This document shows positions 20,342 through 30,062 of a stretch of DNA of 64,000 nt, piece after piece (the first letter of the stretch is position 1; each line of letters opens with the position of its first letter). The DNA comes from Dehalococcoidia bacterium (GTDB lineage: Bacteria; Chloroflexota; Dehalococcoidia; Plut-88900). A model generated the notes under the pieces. That model worked only from the letters and a program-made list of their open reading frames with translations. It was not told the origin of the DNA and ran no database searches. The stretch covers positions 1,312,001 through 1,376,000 of the forward strand of contig OZ240215.1 in NCBI GenBank assembly GCA_965197585.1, read 5' to 3'. Both the position numbers and the translations under genes were made by a program.

Positions 20342-21247
20342 TTGAAGGCCCTCAGAAATGCCCCCAACCCCATACTATTCGTCCCTACTTTGGTGGTCCG
20401 CACCATCAAGGAACTTGGCGACGACGATGCCACTCACATGGCCGCCGGTGTCGCCTACTATGCCCTATTCTCTCTCTTTCCCCTCCTCCTCGGCCTGATA
20501 GCCATCATTGGCCTTGCCGCCGACTCCAAAACCGTACGCTCCGAGATTCTGGAGTGGGCGGCAGATAACCTTCCCGGCACCGGTGACTTCATCTCCGACA
20601 ACGTGATAGCCTCCGCTGAGGCATCCGGCTCCCTGGGAGCAATATCCATAATTGGCCTGATATGGTCGGGCAGTGCCATTTTTGGAGCTATTACAAAGGT
20701 GGTGAACCGGGCCTGGGACATCCAGCAAGATAGGCCCTTCATAAAGGGCAAGATAATGCAGCTCTCCATGGCCATGAGCGTGGGTGTTCTCTTCGCCCTC
20801 GCCTTGACCAGCGCCTCCCTAGCCCAGACCGCCGAGCGCTACGCCCACACCGACATGCCCATCCTCGGTCAGGCCGATGAGGTCTTGGGGATGCTGCTCC
20901 TCCGCACCCTCTCTTTCGTATTCAACCTCGCAATCTTCCTGAGCCTATACAAAGTCCTGCCCAACACCCAGACCCATTGGCGCTACATCTGGCCCGGCGC
21001 CCTTGTCGCAGCCCTCCTGTTCGAAGGTTCGAAATTCCTCTTCGTCCTCTACCTGGACAACTTTGCCACCTTCAGTGCAGTCTATGGTTCCATCGGCTCG
21101 GTGATAGCTCTTCTCCTCTGGGCCTATGTCAGTGCCTTCATCCTGATCCTCGGGGCAGAGATGAGCTCCGAGTTCGGGCGTATGATAAGGGGCATCGACA
21201 GAGGCAAGCCGATAGTCAAACGCTCCGGCCAGGGGCCCTTCTTCTAA
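20342..21247 (+). CDS. YihY/virulence factor BrkB family membrane protein
   Basis: AAGVAYYALFSLFP, LYKVLP, PGALVAALLFE, YGSIGSVIALLLWAY..ILILGAE. Confidence 0.92.
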   Translation: MKALRNAPNPILFVPTLVVRTIKELGDDDATHMAAGVAYYALFSLFPLLLGLIAIIGLAADSKTVRSEILEWAADNLPGTGDFISDNVIASAEASGSLGAISIIGLIWSGSAIFGAITKVVNRAWDIQQDRPFIKGKIMQLSMAMSVGVLFALALTSASLAQTAERYAHTDMPILGQADEVLGMLLLRTLSFVFNLAIFLSLYKVLPNTQTHWRYIWPGALVAALLFEGSKFLFVLYLDNFATFSAVYGSIGSVIALLLWAYVSAFILILGAEMSSEFGRMIRGIDRGKPIVKRSGQGPFF

Positions 21248-21253
21248 TACACA

Positions 21254-21967
21254 ATGAACTCCATAGCCGAACTGAATGACAAAATAGTCTCCTGCACCCG
21301 ATGCCCGAGACTCGTGCTGTGGCGTGAAGAAGTTGCCCGCACTAAGCGCAGGATGTACATGGACTGGGACTACTGGGGCAGGCCCGTCACCGGCTTTGGC
21401 GACCCCGCCGCCCGAGTCCTCATCATAGGCCTGGCCCCGGCGGCTCATGGAGCCAACCGTACCGGCCGAGTCTTCACAGGCGACGACAGCGGCAACTGGC
21501 TCTACACCGCCCTGCACAATCAGGGCTGGGCCAACAAGCCCATATCCACCCATCGCGGCGACGGCCTAGCTCTCACCGACGCCTACGTCTCGGCAGTAGC
21601 TCGCTGCGCCCCGCCCAAGAACCGCCCCACCCCCGAAGAGCTGTCGAACTGTTCCCCTTTCCTTGAGGCAGAGCTTGGCCTGCTCGAAAATCTGGAAGTA
21701 GTCATCGCCCTCGGCAGCATCGCCTTCGACCGGTTCCTCCGCCTGTGGAAAAGCATGGGCAACCCCGTCCCGAGCCCCAAGCCCCGCTTCGGCCACAACG
21801 TCGTCTACGACCTCCCACCAGGGTTGAAGCTGGTCACCTCCTACCACCCCAGCCGGCAAAACACCCAGACCGGCACCCTCACGCGCGAAATGCTAGACGC
21901 CGCCTTCACCACCGCCAAGTCCCTCCTCTCCCCTCCGATCCCCCCTCCCTTGATGGGAGAGGGCTAG
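21254..21967 (+). CDS. Uracil-DNA glycosylase (family 5, Fe-S)
   Basis: CTRCPRL, GLAPAAHGANRTGRVFTGD, RCAPPKNRP, SYHPSRQNT. Confidence 0.92.
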   Translation: MNSIAELNDKIVSCTRCPRLVLWREEVARTKRRMYMDWDYWGRPVTGFGDPAARVLIIGLAPAAHGANRTGRVFTGDDSGNWLYTALHNQGWANKPISTHRGDGLALTDAYVSAVARCAPPKNRPTPEELSNCSPFLEAELGLLENLEVVIALGSIAFDRFLRLWKSMGNPVPSPKPRFGHNVVYDLPPGLKLVTSYHPSRQNTQTGTLTREMLDAAFTTAKSLLSPPIPPPLMGEG

Positions 21968-22154
21968 GGTGACTCCCCCTAAGACTCACGCAGAATTCCC
22001 AACACAACTTTGGGGGAGAGGGGCCGCTCGTGCTGAGCACCGTCGAAGTATGAGCGGGGGGGTCTAACAGGCCAGCTACGCTAGGGCCTCCCATCCCCAA
22101 CCTCCAACCCTGTATAATTCTCATGGACTTCCATACACCCCCGAGGCTTAACAC

Positions 22155-23456
22155 ATGACTCACGGACACCTTTCCACCTTCCCATCTACCACTGCAATCA
22201 CCAGCCAGGACCACCTGTCCATCGGCGGCTGCGATCTCGTAGACCTAGCTCGCGAATTCGGCACCCCCCTCTACATATTCGACGAGGTAACCCTCCGAAA
22301 CATGTGCGCCCAGTTCCGCGATGAGTTCGCCAACCGCTACCCCAACACCCAGGTACTCTACGCCAGCAAGGCCTACGTCAACCCCGCCCTCGCACGGATA
22401 TTTAACGAGGAAGGTCTCGGCCTGGATGTCGTTTCGGGAGGTGAACTCGCCGTCGCACAGGCCGCCGACTTCCCTGCCGACCTGGTCTACTTTCACGGCA
22501 ACAACAAGGGTATCGACGAGTTGGAGGCCGCCCTGGACTGGGGCATCGGTCGCGTAGTAGTAGACAACCCCCGGGAGATGGACCTTATCGACGAAATGGC
22601 TCGTGCCAGGGGGAAGGTCCAGGATATCTTGATTAGAGTCTCGCCGGGCGTCGACCCCCACACCCACAGCCACACAACCACCGGCATCCTCGACAGCAAG
22701 TTCGGCATCCCCATCGAGACCGGCTTAGCTGAGGAGGCCGTGAAAAAGGCCATGTCGGCGGACAACCTCCGGCTCGTGGGCCTCCATTTCCACCTCGGCT
22801 CCCCCATCTATGAGATCGAGCCTTACCGCACAGCCATAGACGTCACCATGTCCTTCGCTGCGGAAATGCAGGACCGCCACGGCCTTGAGATGCTCGAGTT
22901 CAGTCCCGGTGGCGGATTTGCCATCCAATACACCGCCGACGAACCTCCCCCCGACGTATCCGAATACGCCGACGCCATCACCTCCGCAATCCTTGAGCGC
23001 ACCCAGTCCCCGCCCCGCCTCCTCATCGAGCCCGGCAGGGCCATCGCCGGCCGCGCCGGTGTTGCCCTGTACAGCGTCGGCACGACGAAGGACGTGCCCG
23101 GCATCCGCAAATACGTCTCTGTAGATGGTGGAATGGGAGACAACATCAGGCCCGCGATTTACGGCTCTCGCTACGAGGCTATGGTCGCCAACCGAGCCTC
23201 CGCGCCTTCGGAAGAGACCGTCACCATCGCAGGCAAGTTCTGCGAGTCCGGCGACATCCTCGTCGAAAACGTGGAGTTGCCTGTCGTGGACAGCCGGGAC
23301 CTGATAGCCATTCCGGCTTCAGGGGCATACTGCCTGGCGATGGCCTCCAACTACAACGCCGCCCCCCGACCCCCCATCGTCCTGGTCAAGGACGGCAAGC
23401 CCCGTCTCATCCGGCGCCGGGAGACCTACCAGGACCTCATGCTTTGCGATCTGTGA
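22155..23456 (+). CDS. lysA: Diaminopimelate decarboxylase
   Basis: FGTPLYIFDE, YASKA, SKFG, HFHLGS, IEPGRAI, GKFCESGD, GAYC..MASNYN. Confidence 0.96.
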   Translation: MTHGHLSTFPSTTAITSQDHLSIGGCDLVDLAREFGTPLYIFDEVTLRNMCAQFRDEFANRYPNTQVLYASKAYVNPALARIFNEEGLGLDVVSGGELAVAQAADFPADLVYFHGNNKGIDELEAALDWGIGRVVVDNPREMDLIDEMARARGKVQDILIRVSPGVDPHTHSHTTTGILDSKFGIPIETGLAEEAVKKAMSADNLRLVGLHFHLGSPIYEIEPYRTAIDVTMSFAAEMQDRHGLEMLEFSPGGGFAIQYTADEPPPDVSEYADAITSAILERTQSPPRLLIEPGRAIAGRAGVALYSVGTTKDVPGIRKYVSVDGGMGDNIRPAIYGSRYEAMVANRASAPSEETVTIAGKFCESGDILVENVELPVVDSRDLIAIPASGAYCLAMASNYNAAPRPPIVLVKDGKPRLIRRRETYQDLMLCDL

Positions 23457-24499
23457 TCGACGCTAAAGCCTCCGGGACGGCTTCCCACATCCACGGCCAC
23501 AACGGCATTCTAACCCTCCTTTACACAGCCGCGCAGGCCGACAGGCTTGCCCATGCTTACGTCTTGGTCGGGCCTCCCCACGTCGGCAAGATGACGGTGG
23601 CTGTTCACCTCGCTCAGCTGGTCAACTGCGAAGAACCGACACCCGGCCCCTGTGGCGCTTGCCGTCAATGCACGCGTGTCGCCGCCGGCCACCACTCCGA
23701 CGTTCAGGTAACGAGCCTTCCCACCACTGAGGAAGGAGCCCTGGGAACACAGATCAGGATCGAGCAGGTGCGCGAGCTTCGCAGGCAGGCCAGCCTCCGC
23801 CCCTACGAGGGCCGAACTCGGGTCTTCATCATCCAGGACGCAGAGCTCCTCACCAATGAAGCTGCCAACAGCCTGCTGAAGTACCTCGAAGAGCCGCCTC
23901 CAAATGTCCTGCTCCTCCTTCTCGCTGCAGATGAGGACGCCCTGCTCCCGACCGTCCTATCTCGCTGCCAGCGCATGGAGCTTAGGCCCATGCCTTTTGT
24001 CTCCCTCCAGGACGTGCTGACCGCCAACTACGGCATCGGCGAAGAGCAGGCTGCACTGATATCCCGACTCTCCGGCGGTTGCCCCGGTTGGGCCATCTCC
24101 GCTGTGGAGGACGAATCGGTCCTCGAAGCCCGGCTTACCGCCCTCGACGAGCAGATCGATCTCGCTGAGGCCGACCTCGGGGCTCGTTTCCGTTTCGCCA
24201 ACTCCCTTGGAAGCGCCTTCTATCGTGACCGGCCCCGGGTCAGAGACGTTCTCGCCCTCTGCCAGTTATGGTGGATGGACCTCGCCCTCTGCGCCGCCGG
24301 CGCCCCCGACCATATCGTCAACATCCACAGGATCGAACAGGTGGAGGCCCAATCTCAACTTGTTGGCGTCTCCGCCGCGCACGGATTCATAAAGGATGTG
24401 GCCCGTGCTCGGAACATGCTGGAACGCAACGTAATACCCCGCCTGGCCCTGGAATGGCTTATGCTCAAGATGCCCGCCGGGGCCCAGAAGGCGGCTTAG
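23453..24499 (+). CDS. holB: DNA polymerase III subunit delta'
   Basis: HAYVLVGPPHVGK, PCGACRQC, AANSLLKYLEEPP, LLPTVLSRC; GTG start overlaps the lysA stop. Confidence 0.92.
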   Translation: MIDAKASGTASHIHGHNGILTLLYTAAQADRLAHAYVLVGPPHVGKMTVAVHLAQLVNCEEPTPGPCGACRQCTRVAAGHHSDVQVTSLPTTEEGALGTQIRIEQVRELRRQASLRPYEGRTRVFIIQDAELLTNEAANSLLKYLEEPPPNVLLLLLAADEDALLPTVLSRCQRMELRPMPFVSLQDVLTANYGIGEEQAALISRLSGGCPGWAISAVEDESVLEARLTALDEQIDLAEADLGARFRFANSLGSAFYRDRPRVRDVLALCQLWWMDLALCAAGAPDHIVNIHRIEQVEAQSQLVGVSAAHGFIKDVARARNMLERNVIPRLALEWLMLKMPAGAQKAA

Positions 24500-24507
24500 G
24501 TAACTAA

Positions 24508-24750
24508 ATGGCTTCTATAGCAGGCGTAAGGCTCAAGAGATCGGCACCCGTGCTCTATTTCAACACGGGAAACCTGGAGATCAACGTCAACGACATCGTA
24601 GTCGTCGAGACTGAGGATGGAGAGCGTCTCGCCCGCATCACCTTCACCCCGGACCAGCTCCTCCTCATTCAGTTGAAAGAGCCCTCCGGGTCTGTTCTCA
24701 GGCTGGCAACCGAGGAAGATTTGAACGAGGGTTCATCGGCCCTGGTCTAA
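24508..24750 (+). CDS. Short RicT/YaaT (PSP1-family) N-terminal-like protein
   Basis: GVRLKR...YF...L.VNDIVVVETEDG and VLRLATEED resemble the YaaT N-terminus; located after holB; no Cys-rich C-terminus. Confidence 0.7.
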   Translation: MASIAGVRLKRSAPVLYFNTGNLEINVNDIVVVETEDGERLARITFTPDQLLLIQLKEPSGSVLRLATEEDLNEGSSALV

Positions 24751-24757
24751 GGCCTGC

Positions 24758-25276
24758 CTACCTCGGAACGAACTTCCGCCACTCGCCTCGAACGTTCAGG
24801 TATGAGCCCAGGTCCCGATATCTTCGCGAAGGCGGCACCTTCGGCTCGTGCAGCAGCTTCATGCCCGCCTGGGCAGGCGTACGGCCCGCCTTCCTCAGGT
24901 TGCATGCCACGCAGGCGCTCACGATATTGCCCCAGGTGTGGACTCCTCCCGACCACCGGGGCACGACGTGGTCCAACGTCAGATCGGGCGCCTGCTTCCC
25001 ACAATACTGACAGAAGTGTTTGTCCCTAACGAATACTTCGCGTCTCGAAAGTCGAGGCGGCAGCATGGGACGCTTGATCATATGCCCCAGCCTGATCACC
25101 GAGGGCAAAGCAAACAGCGCCGATTCGCTGCGCATGTTTCCCCGGCCGTTCTCCAAGGTTTCCGCCTTACCCTTAAGGAGCAGAATTATGGCGCGGCGCA
25201 GGTTGCAGACGTTGAGCGGCTCGTAGTTCTGGTTGAGGACCAGGACGGCTTTCTGGGCTGGTACCGTGCGAGCCAT
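24758..25276 (-). CDS. HNH endonuclease family protein
   Basis: VLVLNQNYEPL, PSVIRL, RDKHFCQYCG, LTLDHVVPR..GG..TWGNIVSACVACNLRK. Confidence 0.92.
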   Translation of the reverse strand: MARTVPAQKAVLVLNQNYEPLNVCNLRRAIILLLKGKAETLENGRGNMRSESALFALPSVIRLGHMIKRPMLPPRLSRREVFVRDKHFCQYCGKQAPDLTLDHVVPRWSGGVHTWGNIVSACVACNLRKAGRTPAQAGMKLLHEPKVPPSRRYRDLGSYLNVRGEWRKFVPR

Positions 25277-25434
25277 TCGATAAGGTCGCCTTCCAACTGG
25301 GCCACTACGCTATCATTGCATGCCCTTCCACAGGGCCGCTCCGGGGAGTCCCGTCCCCTCTCCTTCACTGGGAAGGTGTTAGGGCCGTAGGCTTGCCGAG
25401 GAGAGTGAGGCTGATCCAGGTTCCGAAAGAGGAG

Positions 25435-26127
25435 TCATGCAAAGATCTTACTACACGGGAATCGCGCTGATTTTATCACACCCCCACCCCCCTGCAACCG
25501 CCCCCGACACCAGACCAGTACCGCCAAATACACTCCCCCCATAGCTAAAGCCCCCAACGTATCGCTCGGCCAATGCGCGCCCAGGTACACCCTGGACATC
25601 GCCATGGCGACTACCAGCATCACCAACCCGACCTGCCCCGCCCTTCTCAGCCACGCGTACCGACCCTTCAACCCCGACAAAAGTATCGCCAGCGCCCCGA
25701 AGCAAACGACTGCGAACAGAACGTGTCCGCTGGGAAATCCATACGTCGTGAGCTCCTCCCGCACATCCAGTAGCCCTGGGTCGGGCCGAGGGCTCGCCAC
25801 TATCTGCTTGATCACCCAGTTCACCCCCAAGCTCACCAAGACCAATACAACGAGCAGCGCCGCATCTGACCTTCGCTTTATCACAACCAGGGCCAACCCT
25901 GCGCACACCGTTATGATCGACGCCGGAAGCCACCACCCCAGCGCCGACACCCCTCTCATCACTCCATCGAACAGCGGTATCGATATCGATTGCACCCACT
26001 CCGCAACCGCCAAGTCACCCGGCAACCATTCCAATCGCGCCGCGCTCACCGATAACCCCACCGACGTCGCGATAAGGAAAACTACAAGCGCACTGCGCCA
26101 AGACCGGATCATCTCGGGTGCGGACAT
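25435..26127 (-). CDS. PAP2 family phosphatase (membrane)
   Basis: K...SPRP, FPSGH, SRVYLGAHWPSD. Confidence 0.9.
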   Translation of the reverse strand: MSAPEMIRSWRSALVVFLIATSVGLSVSAARLEWLPGDLAVAEWVQSISIPLFDGVMRGVSALGWWLPASIITVCAGLALVVIKRRSDAALLVVLVLVSLGVNWVIKQIVASPRPDPGLLDVREELTTYGFPSGHVLFAVVCFGALAILLSGLKGRYAWLRRAGQVGLVMLVVAMAMSRVYLGAHWPSDTLGALAMGGVYLAVLVWCRGRLQGGGGVIKSARFPCSKIFA

Positions 26128-26295
26128 GGGCCGAATGATACACTTCCATGACCGCGCGGGCCGAGAAATACGCCTACCGACTGTGGTTAACTCCACATTA
26201 TGTAACGCACCGCACGCCTGAGATTGCCTAAATCGGCAGTCCGTTGTTTACTTATATAGGAGCTCCGCGTCCGTCAACACATAAGGAAACAAACA

Positions 26296-27636
26296 TTGCT
26301 TGAGTCCCTAACCGAAAAGTTAACATCCATACTCAAACGCCTCGAAGGCAGGGCCCGACTCACCGAGGAAATCATCAACGAGGCCCTCCGCGAAGTCCGC
26401 CTCGCTCTCCTCGAAGCCGACGTCAATTTCAAGGTCGTCAAGACCTTCGTCTCGACTGTCAAGGAACGCTGCCTAACAGCGGAAGTCCTCGAGGCCGTCA
26501 CCCCTTCCCAGCAGATCCTCGCAATAGTCCACGAGGAGCTAACCAACATCCTCGGCGCCGAGGGCCACGGCCTTGAGTCCGCTGACACCACCCCCGGCAT
26601 CATTCTCCTCGCAGGCCTACAGGGCTCAGGTAAAACCACCACTGCCGCCAAGCTGGCCCTCCAGCTTCGGCGCGACGGCAAGTCTGCCCTCCTCGTCGCC
26701 GCCGACCTCCAGCGCCCAGCTGCGATCGACCAGCTCGTGTCCCTTGGCAAGCAGCTGAGTGTACCCGTCTATAGCGAACCCCCGGACTCCGACCCCATCG
26801 ACGTATCCAAGCACGGCCTTCAAGAGGCCCGGGACCAGGGTGTCGACTGGGTCATCGTAGACACCGCAGGACGCCTCAATATCGACGATGACCTTATGGA
26901 GCAGCTTGCCCTTATCAAAAAGGCCGTCTCGCCCACCGAGTCCCTTCTAGTCGTCGACTCCATGACCGGCCAGGAGGCCGTTAGTGTCGCCGAGGAGTTC
27001 AACAAGCGCATCGGGCTGACTGGCCTGATTCTCACCAAGATGGACGGCGACGCCCGGGGTGGTGCAGCCCTGTCCGTGACCTCCGTTACAGGTGTGCCAA
27101 TCAAGTTCATCGGCGTCGGCGAAAAAGCCGACGCCCTCGAACCCTACCATCCGGACAGGCTCGCCTCCCGGATTCTCGGCATGGGAGACGTCCAGACCCT
27201 CGTCGAAAAGGCCAAGCTCAGCATGGACGAGGCCCGCGCCAGGGAGATGGAGCGCAAGATGCGCAATGCCACCTTCACCCTGGAGGACTTCCTGGAGCAG
27301 ATGCACCAGCTGCGGGAGATGGGCGGCCTGGGCCAGGTCCTTGACATGATCCCCGGCATTGGCAAGCTCAAAAACCGCATCGGCCCCGGAGACCTGGACG
27401 ACGACAAGCTCAACAAGACTGAGGCCATCATCCTCTCCATGACCCCGCAAGAGCGCCAAAACCCCAGCCTCATTGGGGGAAGCAGGAAGCGGCGCATATG
27501 CAAGGGAAGCGGGACCCTGCCCCAGGACGTGAACCAGCTCCTGAACCAGTTCCGCCAGATGCAGAAGATGATGAAGGCTATGGCCGGCACAAAGTCCCGC
27601 CTCCGCGGCCAACAAATGGCCCAGCTGTTCAGGTAG
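26296..27636 (+). CDS. ffh: Signal recognition particle protein
   Basis: ALLEADVNF, GLQGSGKTTT, DTAGR, TKMDGDARGGAALS, RILGMGD, Met-rich M domain. Confidence 0.98.
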   Translation: MLESLTEKLTSILKRLEGRARLTEEIINEALREVRLALLEADVNFKVVKTFVSTVKERCLTAEVLEAVTPSQQILAIVHEELTNILGAEGHGLESADTTPGIILLAGLQGSGKTTTAAKLALQLRRDGKSALLVAADLQRPAAIDQLVSLGKQLSVPVYSEPPDSDPIDVSKHGLQEARDQGVDWVIVDTAGRLNIDDDLMEQLALIKKAVSPTESLLVVDSMTGQEAVSVAEEFNKRIGLTGLILTKMDGDARGGAALSVTSVTGVPIKFIGVGEKADALEPYHPDRLASRILGMGDVQTLVEKAKLSMDEARAREMERKMRNATFTLEDFLEQMHQLREMGGLGQVLDMIPGIGKLKNRIGPGDLDDDKLNKTEAIILSMTPQERQNPSLIGGSRKRRICKGSGTLPQDVNQLLNQFRQMQKMMKAMAGTKSRLRGQQMAQLFR

Positions 27637-27824
27637 TCAGTCCGGGCTTCGGCTCGCATTTCGTGAGCGTGCTCCATTTGGGGGCAGCGAAGTGAGCGCT
27701 CAAGTCCTGCATTCCAGCTCAGGGCCCGGAATGACGGTAATGCAAAGGCCTCGCCTCGGCGGACCCTCCAGAGGCGGGTGTCCACTTTAAGCGCGGCGCT
27801 TCGGCATGACACGGGGGAGGGACC

Positions 27825-28139
27825 TTAGAGATTCAGCTCTTCCACCCGTGTCGGGCGCTCTAACCTGTAGTCGAGGCGCTTGCTCGAGCTGCGGCCCTTG
27901 ACATACGGGACAATGCGCGCATCGAATGCGATTGTGCTCCGAGCGGGTATGGGAGAGCTCCACTTGCCTTCCTGAAACCAGACGTGGTCCGTAAGCTGTA
28001 CGCCTGTCTCCGAATCTTGTATGTCGGCCAGCATGATGTGGCCGAGATATCTATTCCGCTTTTTCAATACGGCGATGAACCGGGCTCGCTTGCCTACGAG
28101 CTTTTCAAGCGCCTTTCTGTATCCCTTAGCTCTTCTCAA
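27825..28139 (-). CDS. Hypothetical basic protein (possible OB-like fold)
   Basis: GGAGG RBS before the TTG start; globular-looking sequence (TDHVWF, AFDARIVPYVKG, DYRLERP). Confidence 0.6.
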   Translation of the reverse strand: MRRAKGYRKALEKLVGKRARFIAVLKKRNRYLGHIMLADIQDSETGVQLTDHVWFQEGKWSSPIPARSTIAFDARIVPYVKGRSSSKRLDYRLERPTRVEELNL

Positions 28140-28314
28140 CTATTCCTCCAAAATGCACCGTTATGAAACCCCTCGGTCTCCACCTGCTTATGCTTCGGGG
28201 GAGCCGGGATGAGTGGCCGCTCCCGTAGAGGGCTTCACACCAGAGGGACACTTTCGGCCTGATCAGGGCCGGGGGCTATCCTAGCCATTACGTTCTTGAG
28301 TGCGTCCAATGGGG

Positions 28315-29628
28315 TCAGGGTGGGCGGGGGCGGCCTCTGGCGGTGCGGCGGGTGGTTGGGGAGCCGGGTGCGAGGTCATCGTGCGGGATAGATGCACGGC
28401 TCGGTGCGTCTTGCTGAGGAGGATTTTCCGGTTGCGGCGTCTTTGATGGCAGGCGCGATTCTTCACAGGGATGGATTTCCGCCTCGGCGCATCTTCGACC
28501 TGCCTCTGCAGGAATGACGGTTAAGTCATCGCGGTGAGGCCCTTCGTTAGGTGGGATGTCGGGGAGGGGATTGGTCTCCGACTTCTCGGGAATGACGGTT
28601 GAGGTGGACGGGGCTTCGCCGTACGGTGGCGGGTCTTCTTCATCATTGGGGTATTCGTTGTCGGGGTAGGAAGGAAAGGGGTCCGGGTCATCGGGGTCAT
28701 CAGTGAAGATATCCAAGTCGTCGGGCGGGTCTTCGAGGTAGTGAGACTCGGCTTCTTCACAGGCATTGAGGTTGGCGAAGTATTCGGCGTCTCCGGGTGG
28801 CCGGGGATCCTGGGGGCCGATGAGGCCGAAACCTTGGCGATGCTGGAGTGGGACGAGGTGCCTCCAGGGCCACCATTTGTCGCCGGGCTGGGCCATGCGG
28901 ACAGGGAGAAGGTCGAAGAAAGTCATCTCTCCCTCATCGACGGTCTTGTGGAAGACCTTCTTGATGAGGGCGTCGATCTGCTCCTGGTCGGTGAGTTCAC
29001 GGGGCATTCGGGAGCTGGCGGGGAGGGACCTGGCGAGGATGCGGAGGTAGCGGGAGATCTGGACGTGGTCGATGGGGCGCTTGCTCAAGAGGCGGTTGGT
29101 CAGGGAACGTAGGAGGGCGATTTCGCCTTCCATGCCGGGGCTGTCGGGAGACAGGCGGGGCAGGGAAGGGCTGACAGTGGCGAGGGAGCGGCGGCGATGG
29201 GGCCGTCGGCCTCTGACGTGTCCACTGCGCCCGACGGGGCGGGTATTCTTCCGCGGCGCATTGCCGCAGGCATCCGCTTCTGCGCCAAGGGCAACAGTGC
29301 GGGATTTCTTCCGCGGCGCATTGCCGCAGGCATCCGCTTCTGCGCCAAGGGCAACAGTGCGGGATTTCTTCCGCGGCGCATTGCCGCAGGCATCCGCTTC
29401 TGCGCCAGGGGCAACAGTGCGGGATTTCTTCCGCGGCGCATTGCCGCAGGCATCCGCTTCTGTGCCAGGGGCAGCAGTGCGGGATTTCTTCCGCGGTGGA
29501 TTGCCGCGGGCATCCGCGAGGGGGTCGGGCTGGGGGTGCAGACCAACCGCCTCTTGAGCAGGCGCCCCGACGGTGAGTCGGGGGGAGGGGTTTGACAAGG
29601 GTTTGTTTTGTGTTTTGGATGGTGGCAT
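28315..29628 (-). CDS. Hypothetical protein with basic 20-aa tandem repeats, helical core and acidic/Pro-rich tail
   Basis: 437-aa ORF with a promoter and LexA-like box directly upstream; GNAPRKKSRTVAxGAEADAC repeats; EGEIALLR..RLL core. Confidence 0.65.
   Translation of the reverse strand: MPPSKTQNKPLSNPSPRLTVGAPAQEAVGLHPQPDPLADARGNPPRKKSRTAAPGTEADACGNAPRKKSRTVAPGAEADACGNAPRKKSRTVALGAEADACGNAPRKKSRTVALGAEADACGNAPRKNTRPVGRSGHVRGRRPHRRRSLATVSPSLPRLSPDSPGMEGEIALLRSLTNRLLSKRPIDHVQISRYLRILARSLPASSRMPRELTDQEQIDALIKKVFHKTVDEGEMTFFDLLPVRMAQPGDKWWPWRHLVPLQHRQGFGLIGPQDPRPPGDAEYFANLNACEEAESHYLEDPPDDLDIFTDDPDDPDPFPSYPDNEYPNDEEDPPPYGEAPSTSTVIPEKSETNPLPDIPPNEGPHRDDLTVIPAEAGRRCAEAEIHPCEESRLPSKTPQPENPPQQDAPSRASIPHDDLAPGSPTTRRTARGRPRPP
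29239..29517. repeat. 60-bp tandem repeat, about 4.6 near-identical copies
   Basis: Unit ttcttccgcggcgcattgccgcaggcatccgcttctgcgccaagggcaacagtgcgggat at 29246, 29306, 29366, 29426 and a partial copy at 29486. Confidence 0.97.
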
Positions 29629-29641
29629 GAGCTTGGGTGGG

Positions 29642-29686
29642 ATAATAGAACGTGTGTACTGTTTGAGTCAAGGGGTTCGTGTCACA
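29642..29686 (-). promoter_or_regulatory. Sigma70-type promoter (TTGACT-N18-TATTAT) with LexA-like box AGAACGTGTGTACT (29647-29660)
   Basis: One mismatch to AGAAC-N4-GTTCT; the box fills the spacer and abuts the -10. Confidence 0.7.
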
Positions 29687-30062
29687 TTTGGAGAGGGTGA
29701 ACCTTCCAGCGTTACGCTGCAGGAGCATATCGACGCTGTACTTTCACGGGTGGAACCCTCACCCCCTTGATCCCCCTCTCACGCCACAGGCGCATCTTCG
29801 ACCCTTAGGGTCTGTAAGGGAGAGGGGGAGATAAGAACAGAGGCCCGCATTGGCGCTCTGCGCCAATGCGGGCCTCTAGTTCAGTACTGGAGGAAAGGGG
29901 GAAGGGAACAGCTTCACGCTCGACGCTTACCTTTGACGGGGATCAGGATGAACGACCCTGGGGATGGATTCACGCCTGAGGCGCACGCCCAGGCGCATCT
30001 TCGACATCTTCGACCCGACCGGAGTCGGGAGTGACGGAGGGGGGATGGTGGGGAAGAGCGGT

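Noticed and set aside
21970-22150. Lysine riboswitch upstream of lysA
   Set aside because: No recognisable conserved core; the region is REP-like sequence plus a TATAAT.
24758-25276. HNH gene as a mobile or restriction element
   Set aside because: Matches the common stand-alone chromosomal HNH type, with host-like composition and no methylase or mobility signs.
29239-29517. Possible CRISPR array
   Set aside because: Units are contiguous near-identical 60-mers with no unique spacers, in frame within an ORF, and no cas genes are present.
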